Origin: Planctomycetota bacterium
GTDB taxonomy: Bacteria; Planctomycetota; UBA8108; SXIK01
Assembly: GCA_965223265.1 (NCBI GenBank)
Contig: OZ244999.1
Coordinates: 8,736,001 to 8,800,000, forward strand
Length of the DNA stretch: 64,000 bases
Reading direction: 5' to 3'
Translations under genes and position numbers: made by a program
Notes under the pieces: generated by a model
Seen by the model: the letters and a program-made list of their open reading frames with translations, nothing else
Databases searched by the model: none
What the model was told of the DNA's origin: nothing
In this document: piece after piece, positions 9,574 through 18,894 of the stretch
Layout: every line of letters starts with the position of its first letter
How positions within the stretch are numbered: position 1 is the stretch's first letter

Positions 9574-10344
9574 CTAACTTTCTGGCGGCTCATGGGCGCC
9601 TCGTAGCTCAGAGTCCGCGAGGCTTAGGAACGCGCCGAGGTTGTTGTGAAAAAGGCTCTCCATCGTTGTGAGACGAAGGTTGTTCTTGAGCGGCTCGTAC
9701 GGTGTGAAATTCATCAGGCGGACGAGAAAGCCACCGTCTTCGTCGACATCGATGATGTTGATGCAGCCCGCATCTTGTTCCAACTGCCCGAGGGAGTCGA
9801 GCGAGCTCGAAAGGGTGTGAGATAGGATCACTCTGTTGGCACCGCCGTGCGCAACGACGAGTAAGTGGCGCCAACCGTCATCCGCGAGCAACGCGTCGAA
9901 TGTCGGTAGGACTCGGTCCTGAAACTCCTGATATGACTCGCCGGCGAGAAACCGGTCCTCAGGACGGACGCGACGGCGAAACGTCCCGGTGAAGAACTTT
10001 GCCAGTTCCGTGGGCGATGGGCCGATCTCGCCGATCCAGTCTACGAGCTTCCCGGCCCGGATTTCGTTGAGCCCGGCACGCCGTTCGATGTGCAGATCAC
10101 GCGCGCCGAGAAGGATCGACGCGGTCTCGACGGTTCGTCCCAAGTCGCTCGTCACGACACGATCGAGAGGCACGCCATCAAATGTGTCGTGAAGATGCTT
10201 CGCTTGATCGCGGCCGTCGGCATTGAGGGGCACCTCGTCGGGACGCTGCGGCGTGCCGTCGTCGGAGAAATAGCTGACCTCAGCGTGACGCACGAGATAC
10301 ACGCGACGCCGGCCGGCCAAGAGTTCGTTCATGGGCAGTTTCAT
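9574..10344 (-). CDS. Histidine phosphatase (phosphoglycerate mutase family)
   Basis: YLVRHAE (RHG-like), SDLGRTVETA, LNEIRAG, GESY and VVAHGGANR motifs. Confidence 0.88.
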   Translation of the reverse strand: MKLPMNELLAGRRRVYLVRHAEVSYFSDDGTPQRPDEVPLNADGRDQAKHLHDTFDGVPLDRVVTSDLGRTVETASILLGARDLHIERRAGLNEIRAGKLVDWIGEIGPSPTELAKFFTGTFRRRVRPEDRFLAGESYQEFQDRVLPTFDALLADDGWRHLLVVAHGGANRVILSHTLSSSLDSLGQLEQDAGCINIIDVDEDGGFLVRLMNFTPYEPLKNNLRLTTMESLFHNNLGAFLSLADSELRGAHEPPES

Positions 10345-10470
10345 GCTCAGAGCCTAACCGGCAATTCTCATGAGTTTCTACTACGACGCTGCTGGTTTCT
10401 CGAGTCTACTGCAGACCGACTCCCCCGAGGCCCTGCGCGGCCATCGAGACGGCAGAGAAGGCGAAGACAA

Positions 10471-11553
10471 GTGGCAGCGGACGGACCGGAAGAACATAGC
10501 GTCGAAAAGCGGGCCGAGATTTTCCGAGAACGTCTCCGCGACTACCTCGAGACAGAGCTCGTGAGCGCCATCGAGCTCACCGCTCTCGCGCCGCTTGCTG
10601 GCGGCGCGTCGCGAGCTGCATTCGCGTTCGACATCAAAGTCGAGGGCGGTCCACACGTCGGCAGCTACGCCGCCGTGTTGCGCCTCGACCTCGGCGGAGA
10701 GATCTACGCATGGGCGCTTTCGCGGCGACAGGAGTTCGAGATCCTGCGCGCCGCTCGAGCCGCGCGTGTCCCCGTGCCCGAGCCCTACTGGGAATCGAGC
10801 GACGAGGCCATTCTCGGTCGTGATTTCTTCGTTATGCAGCGAGTCGAAGGCGAAACGATCGGTGCTAAGATCGTGCGCCGCAGCGACCTTGCAGCAGCTC
10901 GAGACGTCCTACCGGCGCAAATGGGTGAGGCGATCGCGCGCATCCACGGTATGGAGTTCGAGGCGTTCGAGTTTTTGTCTCGACCCGACGACGCGGGCGA
11001 CCAGCGGGGTCACGCCGCCGCCACGTGGGTTTTGCGTCGCACACGGGAGGAGCTCGACCGCATCGGTTCGGTGTCGCCCTCGATCGAGGCCATCTGCTCT
11101 TGGCTGGAGAAGAACGCCCCGACGAGCGCGGAGCTGGTGCTCACCCACGGCGACTTCCGACTCGGAAACATGATTGTCGCCGCCGACGGGTTGAAGGCCG
11201 TCATCGATTGGGAGTTCGCGTGTGTCAGCGATCCGCATGAAGATCTGTCGTGGCCTTTTGTACGCGATTGGCGATTTGGCCGCGATGAGCTGCGTTTCGC
11301 GGGGATTTCGCACGGCGAAGATTTTCTGCGAGCCTACGAGGCGGCGAGCGGCCGGAGCGTGGATCGCCGGTGTCTGCGCTACTGGGAGATCCTCGGAAAT
11401 CTGCGCTGGGCCGTCGGGTGTTTGACCCAGGCGCATCGGCATCTGAGCGGCCGGGAGCGGAGCGTGGAACTCGCCAGCCTGGGCCGCCGTTCGGTCGAGA
11501 TGCAGCTTGAAGCGATGCTGCTCATCGAAGCGTTTGAGAACGATTTCGCCTGA
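10471..11553 (+). CDS. APH-like phosphotransferase (LvaA / ACAD10-11 kinase-domain type)
   Basis: LAGGASR, VLRLD, VPVPEP, FFVMQRVEGE, HGDFRLGN, IDWEFA and DPHEDLSW motifs; GTG start at 10471 inferred. Confidence 0.87.
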   Translation: MAADGPEEHSVEKRAEIFRERLRDYLETELVSAIELTALAPLAGGASRAAFAFDIKVEGGPHVGSYAAVLRLDLGGEIYAWALSRRQEFEILRAARAARVPVPEPYWESSDEAILGRDFFVMQRVEGETIGAKIVRRSDLAAARDVLPAQMGEAIARIHGMEFEAFEFLSRPDDAGDQRGHAAATWVLRRTREELDRIGSVSPSIEAICSWLEKNAPTSAELVLTHGDFRLGNMIVAADGLKAVIDWEFACVSDPHEDLSWPFVRDWRFGRDELRFAGISHGEDFLRAYEAASGRSVDRRCLRYWEILGNLRWAVGCLTQAHRHLSGRERSVELASLGRRSVEMQLEAMLLIEAFENDFA

Positions 11554-11706
11554 AATCTGCCCCAGGACCGAAGAGAGGTCGACTTCTCTCGACCGACGCC
11601 CGACTTGTTCTGTTGAACGCGCCGAACGTCGGTCGAGGGAATTCACGCCACCTTGCTTGTAGAAGATCGCGGCGAAGACAAAGTGTCCGTGGTGCGGAGA
11701 GACCGG

Positions 11707-13548
11707 TCACGGGCAGGAAGAGTCGCTACAGAAGGGAATCAGATCTGGCGTTGGGTCGAGGGCGCAGAAACGGAACGGCGCGGGCGGTGGTGGGAGTCCG
11801 AGGAACAGGAAGTTGAGCAGCCACAGCGGGTCTGAAATGTCGAGGGCGCCGTCGTCGTTTGCGTCGCAAGCATCGAGGCACGTGCAGATGCGACCGAAGA
11901 ACCCGCACTGGAGCATGCGGACGGCGTCGGAGATGTCGTCGCTACCATCCTGGTTGCAATCGGCACGACTGAAGCGCTTGTTGACGGCAAATTTCCCTGA
12001 CTGTAGTGTCGGCCGGATGCTGCCGCCGGTTGACTGCAGTCGCATGATTTCGTTGTGCGTGAACGGCGGGTCCATCGCGTCCCAGAAGCAGAAGTGGGTG
12101 TACTCTTCGTCGAAGGTGAGTGGGTCTGCGTCGATCTGGAGGACGGGGACGTTGGTGCTCGGTGGTAGTGATGAAACGAAGTCCGCCGAGAAGAAGATAC
12201 GCTCGCGCGCAGCGTCCACGAAGATGGTCGGTGAACCCGATCGCAGTGGTGGCAAGCCTGGGGCTGGCGCGACGTTGACGATCGATAGACGACTAGGATC
12301 GTACGCGAGATGCACGGTGACGCCGTCTGCGGCTGTGGAGTTGGTCATCTTCACCGTCACTGTGCCCGTGACACCGTCTTCGAATTCACCATCGTCGATG
12401 GTCAAGCTGTCGAAACCGGAGCGTGCGGGCAAAGTCTTCATCGGTGCGAAGCCTGCTGTTGGGTGCGGTGCGGGCGGGAACGGGTAGCCGAGGAAGTATG
12501 CCCCAGTGATGGTCAACGCGTCCGCGTACGTCAGCAGCCCATCGTCGTTGGCGTCTGCCCCGATGCGACTTCCGAGTGCGGCGGAGCCGTTGAGGAAACT
12601 GAGCAGGTGAACGGTATCGGTCGCTGGCACGATGGCGCCGTCGCCGTCGGTGTCGCCGCGGATGAACGACGTGCCCGGGTCGATCGTTACCTTCGAGTGA
12701 ATCTTGACTGGTCGCACCATCCGCGCGTTCATCACCGCTTCGGTAAAGAGACTTCGATCGGCGCCGCTAAAACTCGAGAAGGCATCGTCGACGATCTTGA
12801 TTCCCGTCTCGAGTGGCGCACCGGCCGGTGGTGTGTTCACCATGAATGTCAAAATCGCAATCGCGATGTTGTCACCAGGGTCGAATCCGACGTCCAGATC
12901 GATGGCGTCGAAAAGGACGGCTACGCGTCCTTCGTCGGCTCCGACGAGCGGCGCGGCGATTTGTGGACTGAGCGCAGCAACACTGCTAGGTAGGCTAATG
13001 CTTTGTAACGTCAGGTAACTTGGATCGAACCGGAATCCGACGGTATAGCTTGAGATCTTAGGTGGAACAGCCTCGCGCTGCAGATACGTCATGAACACTG
13101 GAACCGTGAGCGTCGCTCCCGGGGCGCCGGCGGCGTCCTCGATTTGAAAGCGCACGAATCGGCTCTCGGCTGGCGGTGCCGGTGTCGGTGGTTCGCCGGG
13201 AGTTGGAAACGGGGCGGGAATGGGTTCGCCGGTGAGAAAGAGATGACGGGAGAGAAGGAAATAGTCGCTCACTGAGCGGGCGCCGTCCGCGGTGACATCG
13301 AAGGCATCGATGTTGTCGGCAGTGAACGGGCCGAAGCCGCCGAAGTAGTAATCAAGTAGATTGTTGAGGTCGGTGATGTTGACGATTTCGTCGCCGGTAA
13401 TGTCTCCTCGCACGTAAGGCTGCGCTGTCAATGGCGCGCTGCAGAGCATAGCGGAGACGATCGCGAAAGTGCGGGCCAGGCGGCCGGCGGGTCGCGGCGC
13501 ATAGGGTTGATCTCGACGAGCGAGCGGTTCGGGCACGGTGGCGTGCAT
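11707..13548 (-). CDS. Secreted protein with alternating dockerin-like (x3) and cohesin-like (x2) domains; scaffoldin-like
   Basis: ATG 13548 with GGAGG RBS; signal peptide ending LTA/Q. Three duplicated Ca-loop modules (YVRGDITGD..DVTADG; FIRGDTDGDG..DANDDG; FSRADCNQDG..DANDDG). Two beta-sandwich modules between them (GAPGATLTVPVFM..GFRFDPSYLT; GTVTVKMTN..HLAYDPSRLS). Confidence 0.8.
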   Translation of the reverse strand: MHATVPEPLARRDQPYAPRPAGRLARTFAIVSAMLCSAPLTAQPYVRGDITGDEIVNITDLNNLLDYYFGGFGPFTADNIDAFDVTADGARSVSDYFLLSRHLFLTGEPIPAPFPTPGEPPTPAPPAESRFVRFQIEDAAGAPGATLTVPVFMTYLQREAVPPKISSYTVGFRFDPSYLTLQSISLPSSVAALSPQIAAPLVGADEGRVAVLFDAIDLDVGFDPGDNIAIAILTFMVNTPPAGAPLETGIKIVDDAFSSFSGADRSLFTEAVMNARMVRPVKIHSKVTIDPGTSFIRGDTDGDGAIVPATDTVHLLSFLNGSAALGSRIGADANDDGLLTYADALTITGAYFLGYPFPPAPHPTAGFAPMKTLPARSGFDSLTIDDGEFEDGVTGTVTVKMTNSTAADGVTVHLAYDPSRLSIVNVAPAPGLPPLRSGSPTIFVDAARERIFFSADFVSSLPPSTNVPVLQIDADPLTFDEEYTHFCFWDAMDPPFTHNEIMRLQSTGGSIRPTLQSGKFAVNKRFSRADCNQDGSDDISDAVRMLQCGFFGRICTCLDACDANDDGALDISDPLWLLNFLFLGLPPPPAPFRFCALDPTPDLIPFCSDSSCP

Positions 13549-13809
13549 ATCAACGGTCCTCCTTCCGAATGAAACCCAACCGTGGAGGTTGCTGCGACTG
13601 TGCGGCGACAGTGCCGGAGTCGCTTCATAAGGAGGGAGCGCCGAAAAGTTGGAGGTCTGCCCGCCAAAACGCTCTTTTTCTAAACTGTTGCGGCACGCCA
13701 CCGCTGCGGCCCCTCCAACGGGGCCGGGCTGTTCGATAATCGCCGCCCGTCCGAGCCGCGGGCGTCTCGATGCCCACGACCGTTCAGAAGGGTGCAACAG
13801 ACGGGGGCT

Positions 13810-15132
13810 TCAGCTGACGTTCGGCAGAGACCACTTTGCTCGATAGTCGCGAGTTAGGTATCTGTTCGCGGCCTCGTCCGTGCCGAACTGATGCATCTCC
13901 AGGTCGAAGTGTACCTTCTGGTTCAAACGCCAGGCGATATTCCCCAGGTGACAGGCGACGGTGGCTTGGTTGCCGATTTCGATGTCGCATACGGGGCGCT
14001 CGCGTGAGCGGACACAATCCAAGAAGTTACGTTTGTGCGCCGGGTCTTGAATCTTGTTGGTCGACGAGCTGCCGACGACCGTCGGCTCGCCGCCCGGACC
14101 GAACGCGCGCCAGGTGCCGTTGGCGATCACCACATAGCCGTTCTCACCATAGACGGCAGCGCCTTCGCCAAAGCCCTCGAGCGGATAATTCACCCAAATC
14201 CGCATCTCGTAAACCATCGTCGCGCCCGGGTAGTCGTAGGTGACGTACAAGTTGTCGGGCCATTCCTGCGCGTCGTCGAAGAAATGCTTGCCGCCGCTTG
14301 CCGCAGCCGCGCTGGGATAGGTGACCGGTTCTTCGCCCTGCGCTTCGCGCGCGGCATTGAGTCCTCTGATTGCATAGTCGAGGCGATGGACACCGTCGTT
14401 CCCTAGGTCTCCGGTGCCAAAGTCGAAGAACCAGCGCCAATTGCCGTGGAAACGCAGAGGGTTAAAGGGACGTGGCGCTGCGGGGCCAAGCCACGTGTCG
14501 TAGTCGACTCCTTGCGGAACTGGCTCGTCAGCTGGACGGCCGAGATTGCGCTGATGCGTGCTCTCCCACGCCTTGACGAAACAAACTTTGCCGAGCTTTC
14601 CGCTACGGATGTAGTCGTACGCCTCCGCGTGATGTGGGCTCGAGCGCGATTGGATTCCGACCTGCACCACCCGCCCGTAGCGTCTCGCCGCTTTCACCAT
14701 CACGTCGCCTTCGTGAATGTTGTGCGAACAAGGCTTTTCAACGTAGGCATCCTTGCCTGCCTGACATGCCATGATCACAGGGATTGCATGCCAGTGGTCG
14801 GGCGTGCCGTTCACGACCGCATCGATCGTCCGGTCGTCGATGATGCGGCGAAAGTCTCCAAGCGCTGTGGGTTTCTTACCTTGTTGGCGTTCCGCGACTT
14901 GATCGACCGCCTTGCGCAGACGATTGGAGTCGATGTCAGAGATGACCGCCGCATCGACGTCGGGCATCTCTGAGAAACCGCGCAGAAGGCTGTTCGCACG
15001 GCCGCCGACACCGATGAACCCGAGGCGAACCTTTTCGTTCGCACCGAGCACGCTGCCCGATGGAACAAGCGCTGGAAAAGCGATAGCACCAGCCGCTGCC
15101 GCGGACCGCTTGAGAAAGTCTCGTCGCCTCAT
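13810..15132 (-). CDS. Gfo/Idh/MocA oxidoreductase with Tat signal
   Basis: MRRRDFLK Tat motif; GFIGVGGR, TPDHWH, YVEKP, DTWLGPA and GDLGNDGVHRLD motifs. Confidence 0.92.
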   Translation of the reverse strand: MRRRDFLKRSAAAAGAIAFPALVPSGSVLGANEKVRLGFIGVGGRANSLLRGFSEMPDVDAAVISDIDSNRLRKAVDQVAERQQGKKPTALGDFRRIIDDRTIDAVVNGTPDHWHAIPVIMACQAGKDAYVEKPCSHNIHEGDVMVKAARRYGRVVQVGIQSRSSPHHAEAYDYIRSGKLGKVCFVKAWESTHQRNLGRPADEPVPQGVDYDTWLGPAAPRPFNPLRFHGNWRWFFDFGTGDLGNDGVHRLDYAIRGLNAAREAQGEEPVTYPSAAAASGGKHFFDDAQEWPDNLYVTYDYPGATMVYEMRIWVNYPLEGFGEGAAVYGENGYVVIANGTWRAFGPGGEPTVVGSSSTNKIQDPAHKRNFLDCVRSRERPVCDIEIGNQATVACHLGNIAWRLNQKVHFDLEMHQFGTDEAANRYLTRDYRAKWSLPNVS

Positions 15133-15609
15133 GTCATCCTCTCGATCAAGAAGGGGCTTGTCTCAGTGTCGTCGCGCTCGAGACACCGGTTGACAGAGCA
15201 ACAGTTGATGGGTCATTCGACCGTCTGAGCACTCCTCTACAAATATCAGTCGCGCGCTGGTGCGTAAACCGCTGCACTGTAAAAATGGTTTGCCGGAGGG
15301 CTTCGGCGGACGGTTTTTGCGGGCGTGAGCGACGACATCGGATAGTCTGAGTCCAGCGCTCCGGGAGAATTTATCTCCCGACATAGACCCCAACGCCTGC
15401 AAAAAAATGACGGCAAGAAACGCCTTCGGCTCGGTGAATAGCACGCCATTAGCGACGTTCGAACCGCGTCGGCAATGCTCACGTACAGTGAAGTACGCTC
15501 CGCGTGCCGCCACGGTTCAAACGCCGCTACCGACGCACTCTTCACCGTTCTTACTCGCCATTTTTCTGCAGGCGTTGGGATAGACTGGCAACGAACACAG
15601 GTAACGGAC

Positions 15610-16707
15610 ATGGCGGAGAAGTACCGAGTCGGAATCATCGGGCGGACCGGCCGCGGCAACTACGGCCACGGTTTGGACACCGTATGGGAGGCAATCCCCA
15701 GCACAGAAGTCATCGCGGTGGCTGACGAGGACGCGGACGGTCGCGCCAAGGCTGCGAAGCGCACGGGAGCACACCACGCATACGCTGACTACCGGCAGAT
15801 GCTGGCGAAGGAGAAGCTCGACATCGTCGCCGTGGCGCCGCGCTGGATCGACTGCCATCGCGACATGGTGCTCGCGGTCGCTGCGGCGGGTTGTCATATT
15901 TTCTTGGAAAAGCCGATGAGTCGGACGCTCGCCGAGGCGGACGAGATGATCGACGCCTGCGACCGCGCCGGGGTGAAAACGCTGATCGCGCATCAGACGC
16001 GCTACAATCCGGTCATCGCCCAAGTCGAGAACCTGATCCGAGAAGGCAAGCTTGGAGATATCCTCGAGCTACGTGGGCGTGGCAAGGAGGATCGACGCGG
16101 CGGTGGCGAAGATCTTATGGTGCTCGGCACACACATTATGGACCTGATGTGCCTATTCAGCGGCCGGCCGAAATGGTGTTTCGCGACGGTCAAGGAAAGA
16201 GGCAAGCCGGTCACGGCGCGGGAGGTGCGCGACGGCAACGAAGGCATCGGACCGCTCGCGGGCGACGAAATTCACGCCATGTACGGCTTCGACAGTCCAG
16301 CGATCGGTACGTTTTCGACGCACAAAGCGCAGCACGGTGCGTCGAGTCGATTCGCGCTCCACATTCTTGGTTCGTTGGGCATGCTCGCCATTCGCACGAG
16401 CGCCGAGGTATATTTCTGCGCGGACCCGTCGTGGAATCCTGCCCGAAGCAAGACGGACTGGGTGCGGGTGACGAGTCAAGGAGTCGGGAAACCGGAGACG
16501 CGCGACGACCTTCGTCTGCATTGCGGCAACGTTTTTGCGGTGACAGACCTTTTGCATGCGATCGAATCGGGTGCTCGCACGAAGGGCGGACTCGACGAAG
16601 GCCGCGCCGCACTCGAGATGATTCTCGCCGTCTACGATTCTCATCGCAGACGCGCACCGGTCCCCATGCCCCTAACGGAACGTCGCCATCCGCTCGAGCT
16701 CTTGTAG
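15610..16707 (+). CDS. Gfo/Idh/MocA oxidoreductase (cytoplasmic)
   Basis: RVGIIGRTGRGNYGHGLD, FLEKPM and GGGEDLMVLGTHIMD motifs; ATG at 15610. Confidence 0.9.
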   Translation: MAEKYRVGIIGRTGRGNYGHGLDTVWEAIPSTEVIAVADEDADGRAKAAKRTGAHHAYADYRQMLAKEKLDIVAVAPRWIDCHRDMVLAVAAAGCHIFLEKPMSRTLAEADEMIDACDRAGVKTLIAHQTRYNPVIAQVENLIREGKLGDILELRGRGKEDRRGGGEDLMVLGTHIMDLMCLFSGRPKWCFATVKERGKPVTAREVRDGNEGIGPLAGDEIHAMYGFDSPAIGTFSTHKAQHGASSRFALHILGSLGMLAIRTSAEVYFCADPSWNPARSKTDWVRVTSQGVGKPETRDDLRLHCGNVFAVTDLLHAIESGARTKGGLDEGRAALEMILAVYDSHRRRAPVPMPLTERRHPLELL

Positions 16708-16723
16708 TTGTCTGTCGCCATAG

Positions 16724-17122
16724 GTGAGTCTTCGTCTCATGCATGATCCGCCGTCACTTCCCGAGTTGCTCCTGAGCGTGCGCCACTTCTTGCAAAATGA
16801 GGTGCTGCCGCAGGAAGTTGAGCCACGTTTCAAGTTTCGGACACTCGTGGCAGCCAACGTCTTGGCTATCGCTGCGCGTGAGGCGGAACGCTCGCAGCCG
16901 ATCTGTGAGGGCGAAGCTGCTAGGCTGCAATCCTTGGCGTCGCGGTTCGGTGCAAGCACCGACGCAACGCTTTCGGAGCTCTCTGCGTGGCTGGCCGGGG
17001 AGATACGCGCCGGAAATCTTGATTGCGCTCCTGGCAGCGAGATCTGGAGGCACCTAAAGGAAACGGTCATGGAGAGCCTCGAGGTTTCCAATCCATCTTT
17101 TCTGCGCCGCGTCAGCTCGTGA
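16724..17122 (+). CDS. DUF6285-like small protein (LvaB-like)
   Basis: MHDPPSLPELLLSVRHFL...FRTLVAANVLAIAARE...LAGEIRAG...LEVSNP pattern typical of the small partner of APH-type kinases. Start may be 16739. Confidence 0.72.
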   Translation: MSLRLMHDPPSLPELLLSVRHFLQNEVLPQEVEPRFKFRTLVAANVLAIAAREAERSQPICEGEAARLQSLASRFGASTDATLSELSAWLAGEIRAGNLDCAPGSEIWRHLKETVMESLEVSNPSFLRRVSS

Positions 17123-17227
17123 TGTATGGCGGTAGGGGAACGGGCGACGCCGTCCCGATGTGACTGAATCGTCACGCGGGTCGCCGCACGAACCATAGGA
17201 ACAAGTGAGTCACACCGAGGAGGATCC

Positions 17228-18589
17228 ATGGAGCACGGACGACGAAGCTTTCTTCAGCAGCTAACGAGTGGCGCGGCTCTGGCAGCGCTTGCAGCAAGTT
17301 GGTCTCCCTCGCGTCGCACCTTCGCCGGTGCTGCAGCGGTTGCAGAAGATAATGGTGAGCAGCAGAATTCGGGGCTGCGCATAACGAAAGTGCGCGCCTT
17401 CCTGACACAGCCAGCTGGTAGCCGGTTGATCGTCGTCCGTGTTGAGACCAGTGAACCGGGGCTCTACGGTCTCGGCTGCGGCACGTTTACGCAGAGGGCG
17501 CGGACCGTCGTCACCGCCGTCAACGATTACCTGGATCCTTTCTTGCGCGACCTTGACCCTGCCAACATCGAAGATCTTTGGCAGGCCATGTTTCAGAGTT
17601 CGTACTGGCGCAACGGCCCAGTGTTGATGAACGCCCTGAGCGGGGTCGACATGGCGCTTTGGGACATCAAGGGAAAGCGCTGCGGCCTTCCTCTTTACGA
17701 TCTTCTCGGCGGGCGTTGTCGCACCGCGGTGCCAGTATACCGCCACGTTCACGCGGCGACCCCAGAGCAGGCTGCCGATGGTGTGCGCGCGTTCATGGAG
17801 CAAGGGGTTCGCTATGTCCGCGTCCAGTTTCCGACCCCAGGAAACACCAACTACGGCGCCAGAGGTGAGGTCAAACGGGTTGCCGGACACTTTTCGGGAC
17901 AAACGTTCGAGCCGCGCCCCTATCGCCTGCTGCTGCCGAAGTTTTTCGCCCGACTGCGGGAGCTTTTGGGCGACGAGATCGAGCTTCTTCACGACGTTCA
18001 CGAACGCATGCACCCGATCGAAGCGATTGGTGTCGTCAAGGAGCTGGAACCGTATCGCCTGTTTTTCCTTGAGGACCCGTTCGCCCCTGAGGACGTTGGA
18101 TACTTCCCACTTTTGCGCCAACAAACCTCGACGCCGATCGCCATGGGGGAACTCTTCAACAATCCGAACGAATGGGTCGAGCTGATCTCGAAACGATACA
18201 TCGATTTCATTCGTTGCCACCTGTCGCAGATCGGTGGTGTGACGATGGCGAGAAAGCTCGCGGCGCTGTGCGATTTCTTCCGTGTTCGCACGGCGTGGCA
18301 TGGACCTGGCGACTTGACGCCGATCGGGCACGCAGCGAACGTTCACGTCGATATGGCGACTTGGAACTTCGGCATTCAGGAGTTCATCAGCTTCAACGAC
18401 GCCACGCGGGAAGTCTTCCCGGGTGCACCGTCGATGCGCAGCGGCGCGGTCGATCTGCCGCGGACGCCGGGGATCGGTGTCGACTTTGACGAGAACGCCG
18501 CAGCCAAGTATCCCATCCGCGACAACCCGCCGTTTGACCTACAGTGGGGACAGCTGCGGGGGCTCGATGGGACGATCCGCCGGCCTTAG
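17228..18589 (+). CDS. Enolase-superfamily sugar-acid dehydratase, mannonate dehydratase/RspA subgroup, with Tat signal
   Basis: GRRSFLQ Tat motif; YWRNGPV, DMALWDIKGK, LLHDVHER, FLEDP, AMGEL, TAWHGP and FGIQE motifs; GGAGGA RBS. Confidence 0.9.
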   Translation: MEHGRRSFLQQLTSGAALAALAASWSPSRRTFAGAAAVAEDNGEQQNSGLRITKVRAFLTQPAGSRLIVVRVETSEPGLYGLGCGTFTQRARTVVTAVNDYLDPFLRDLDPANIEDLWQAMFQSSYWRNGPVLMNALSGVDMALWDIKGKRCGLPLYDLLGGRCRTAVPVYRHVHAATPEQAADGVRAFMEQGVRYVRVQFPTPGNTNYGARGEVKRVAGHFSGQTFEPRPYRLLLPKFFARLRELLGDEIELLHDVHERMHPIEAIGVVKELEPYRLFFLEDPFAPEDVGYFPLLRQQTSTPIAMGELFNNPNEWVELISKRYIDFIRCHLSQIGGVTMARKLAALCDFFRVRTAWHGPGDLTPIGHAANVHVDMATWNFGIQEFISFNDATREVFPGAPSMRSGAVDLPRTPGIGVDFDENAAAKYPIRDNPPFDLQWGQLRGLDGTIRRP

Positions 18590-18749
18590 CAGCCCGTTGA
18601 AAAAGTCATTCGGCCGAAGAAACTGGCCTCTTCACGCCCAGCTCGACCGCGTCAATACTCGAAAATCCCGAAGATTGCCTCCGTTTGCCGCAGCCGATCT
18701 GGACGCGAAGAGACCAGTTTTCGGCTCGAAGCACTTTTTCAACAGGCTG
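18590..18749 (+). mobile_element. MITE-A copy 1 (160 bp, most diverged), TTAG target duplication
   Basis: TIRs CAGCCCGTTGAAAAAGT and ACTTTTTCAACAGGCTG; flanked by TTAG at 18586-18589 (contains the upstream stop codon) and TTAG at 18750-18753; homologous to copies at 31291 and 59961. Confidence 0.88.
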
Positions 18750-18804
18750 TTAGGGGTTTCTCGTGCGGCTCAGGCGTGGATCTCGTTTTCGTGTGCGGGC
18801 TAGA

Positions 18805-18830
18805 GTAGCAGGCACGCTCCGCGGTCGGTC
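18805..18830 (+). repeat. GTAG-type REP-like short palindrome (degenerate)
   Basis: GTAGCAGGCACGCTCCGCGG; shares AGTAGCAGGCACG with 60124-60136. Confidence 0.4.
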
Positions 18831-18894
18831 CCGACCTGCCGCGGCAATGGGAGTCCCGTGCGCCGATTCGCCTCTTTCTCTCGCCTGCGGCCGT

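Noticed and set aside
15255-15330. Possible c-di-GMP-I riboswitch (GGCAAACCATT on the minus strand)
   Set aside because: No GNRA-capped P2 stem and no GACGCAAAG/P3 arrangement.
17261-18346. Long antisense ORFs (also 37538-38479, 54118-54951, 56931-57878)
   Set aside because: Shadows of well-supported genes on the opposite strand in GC-rich DNA, with no motifs of their own.
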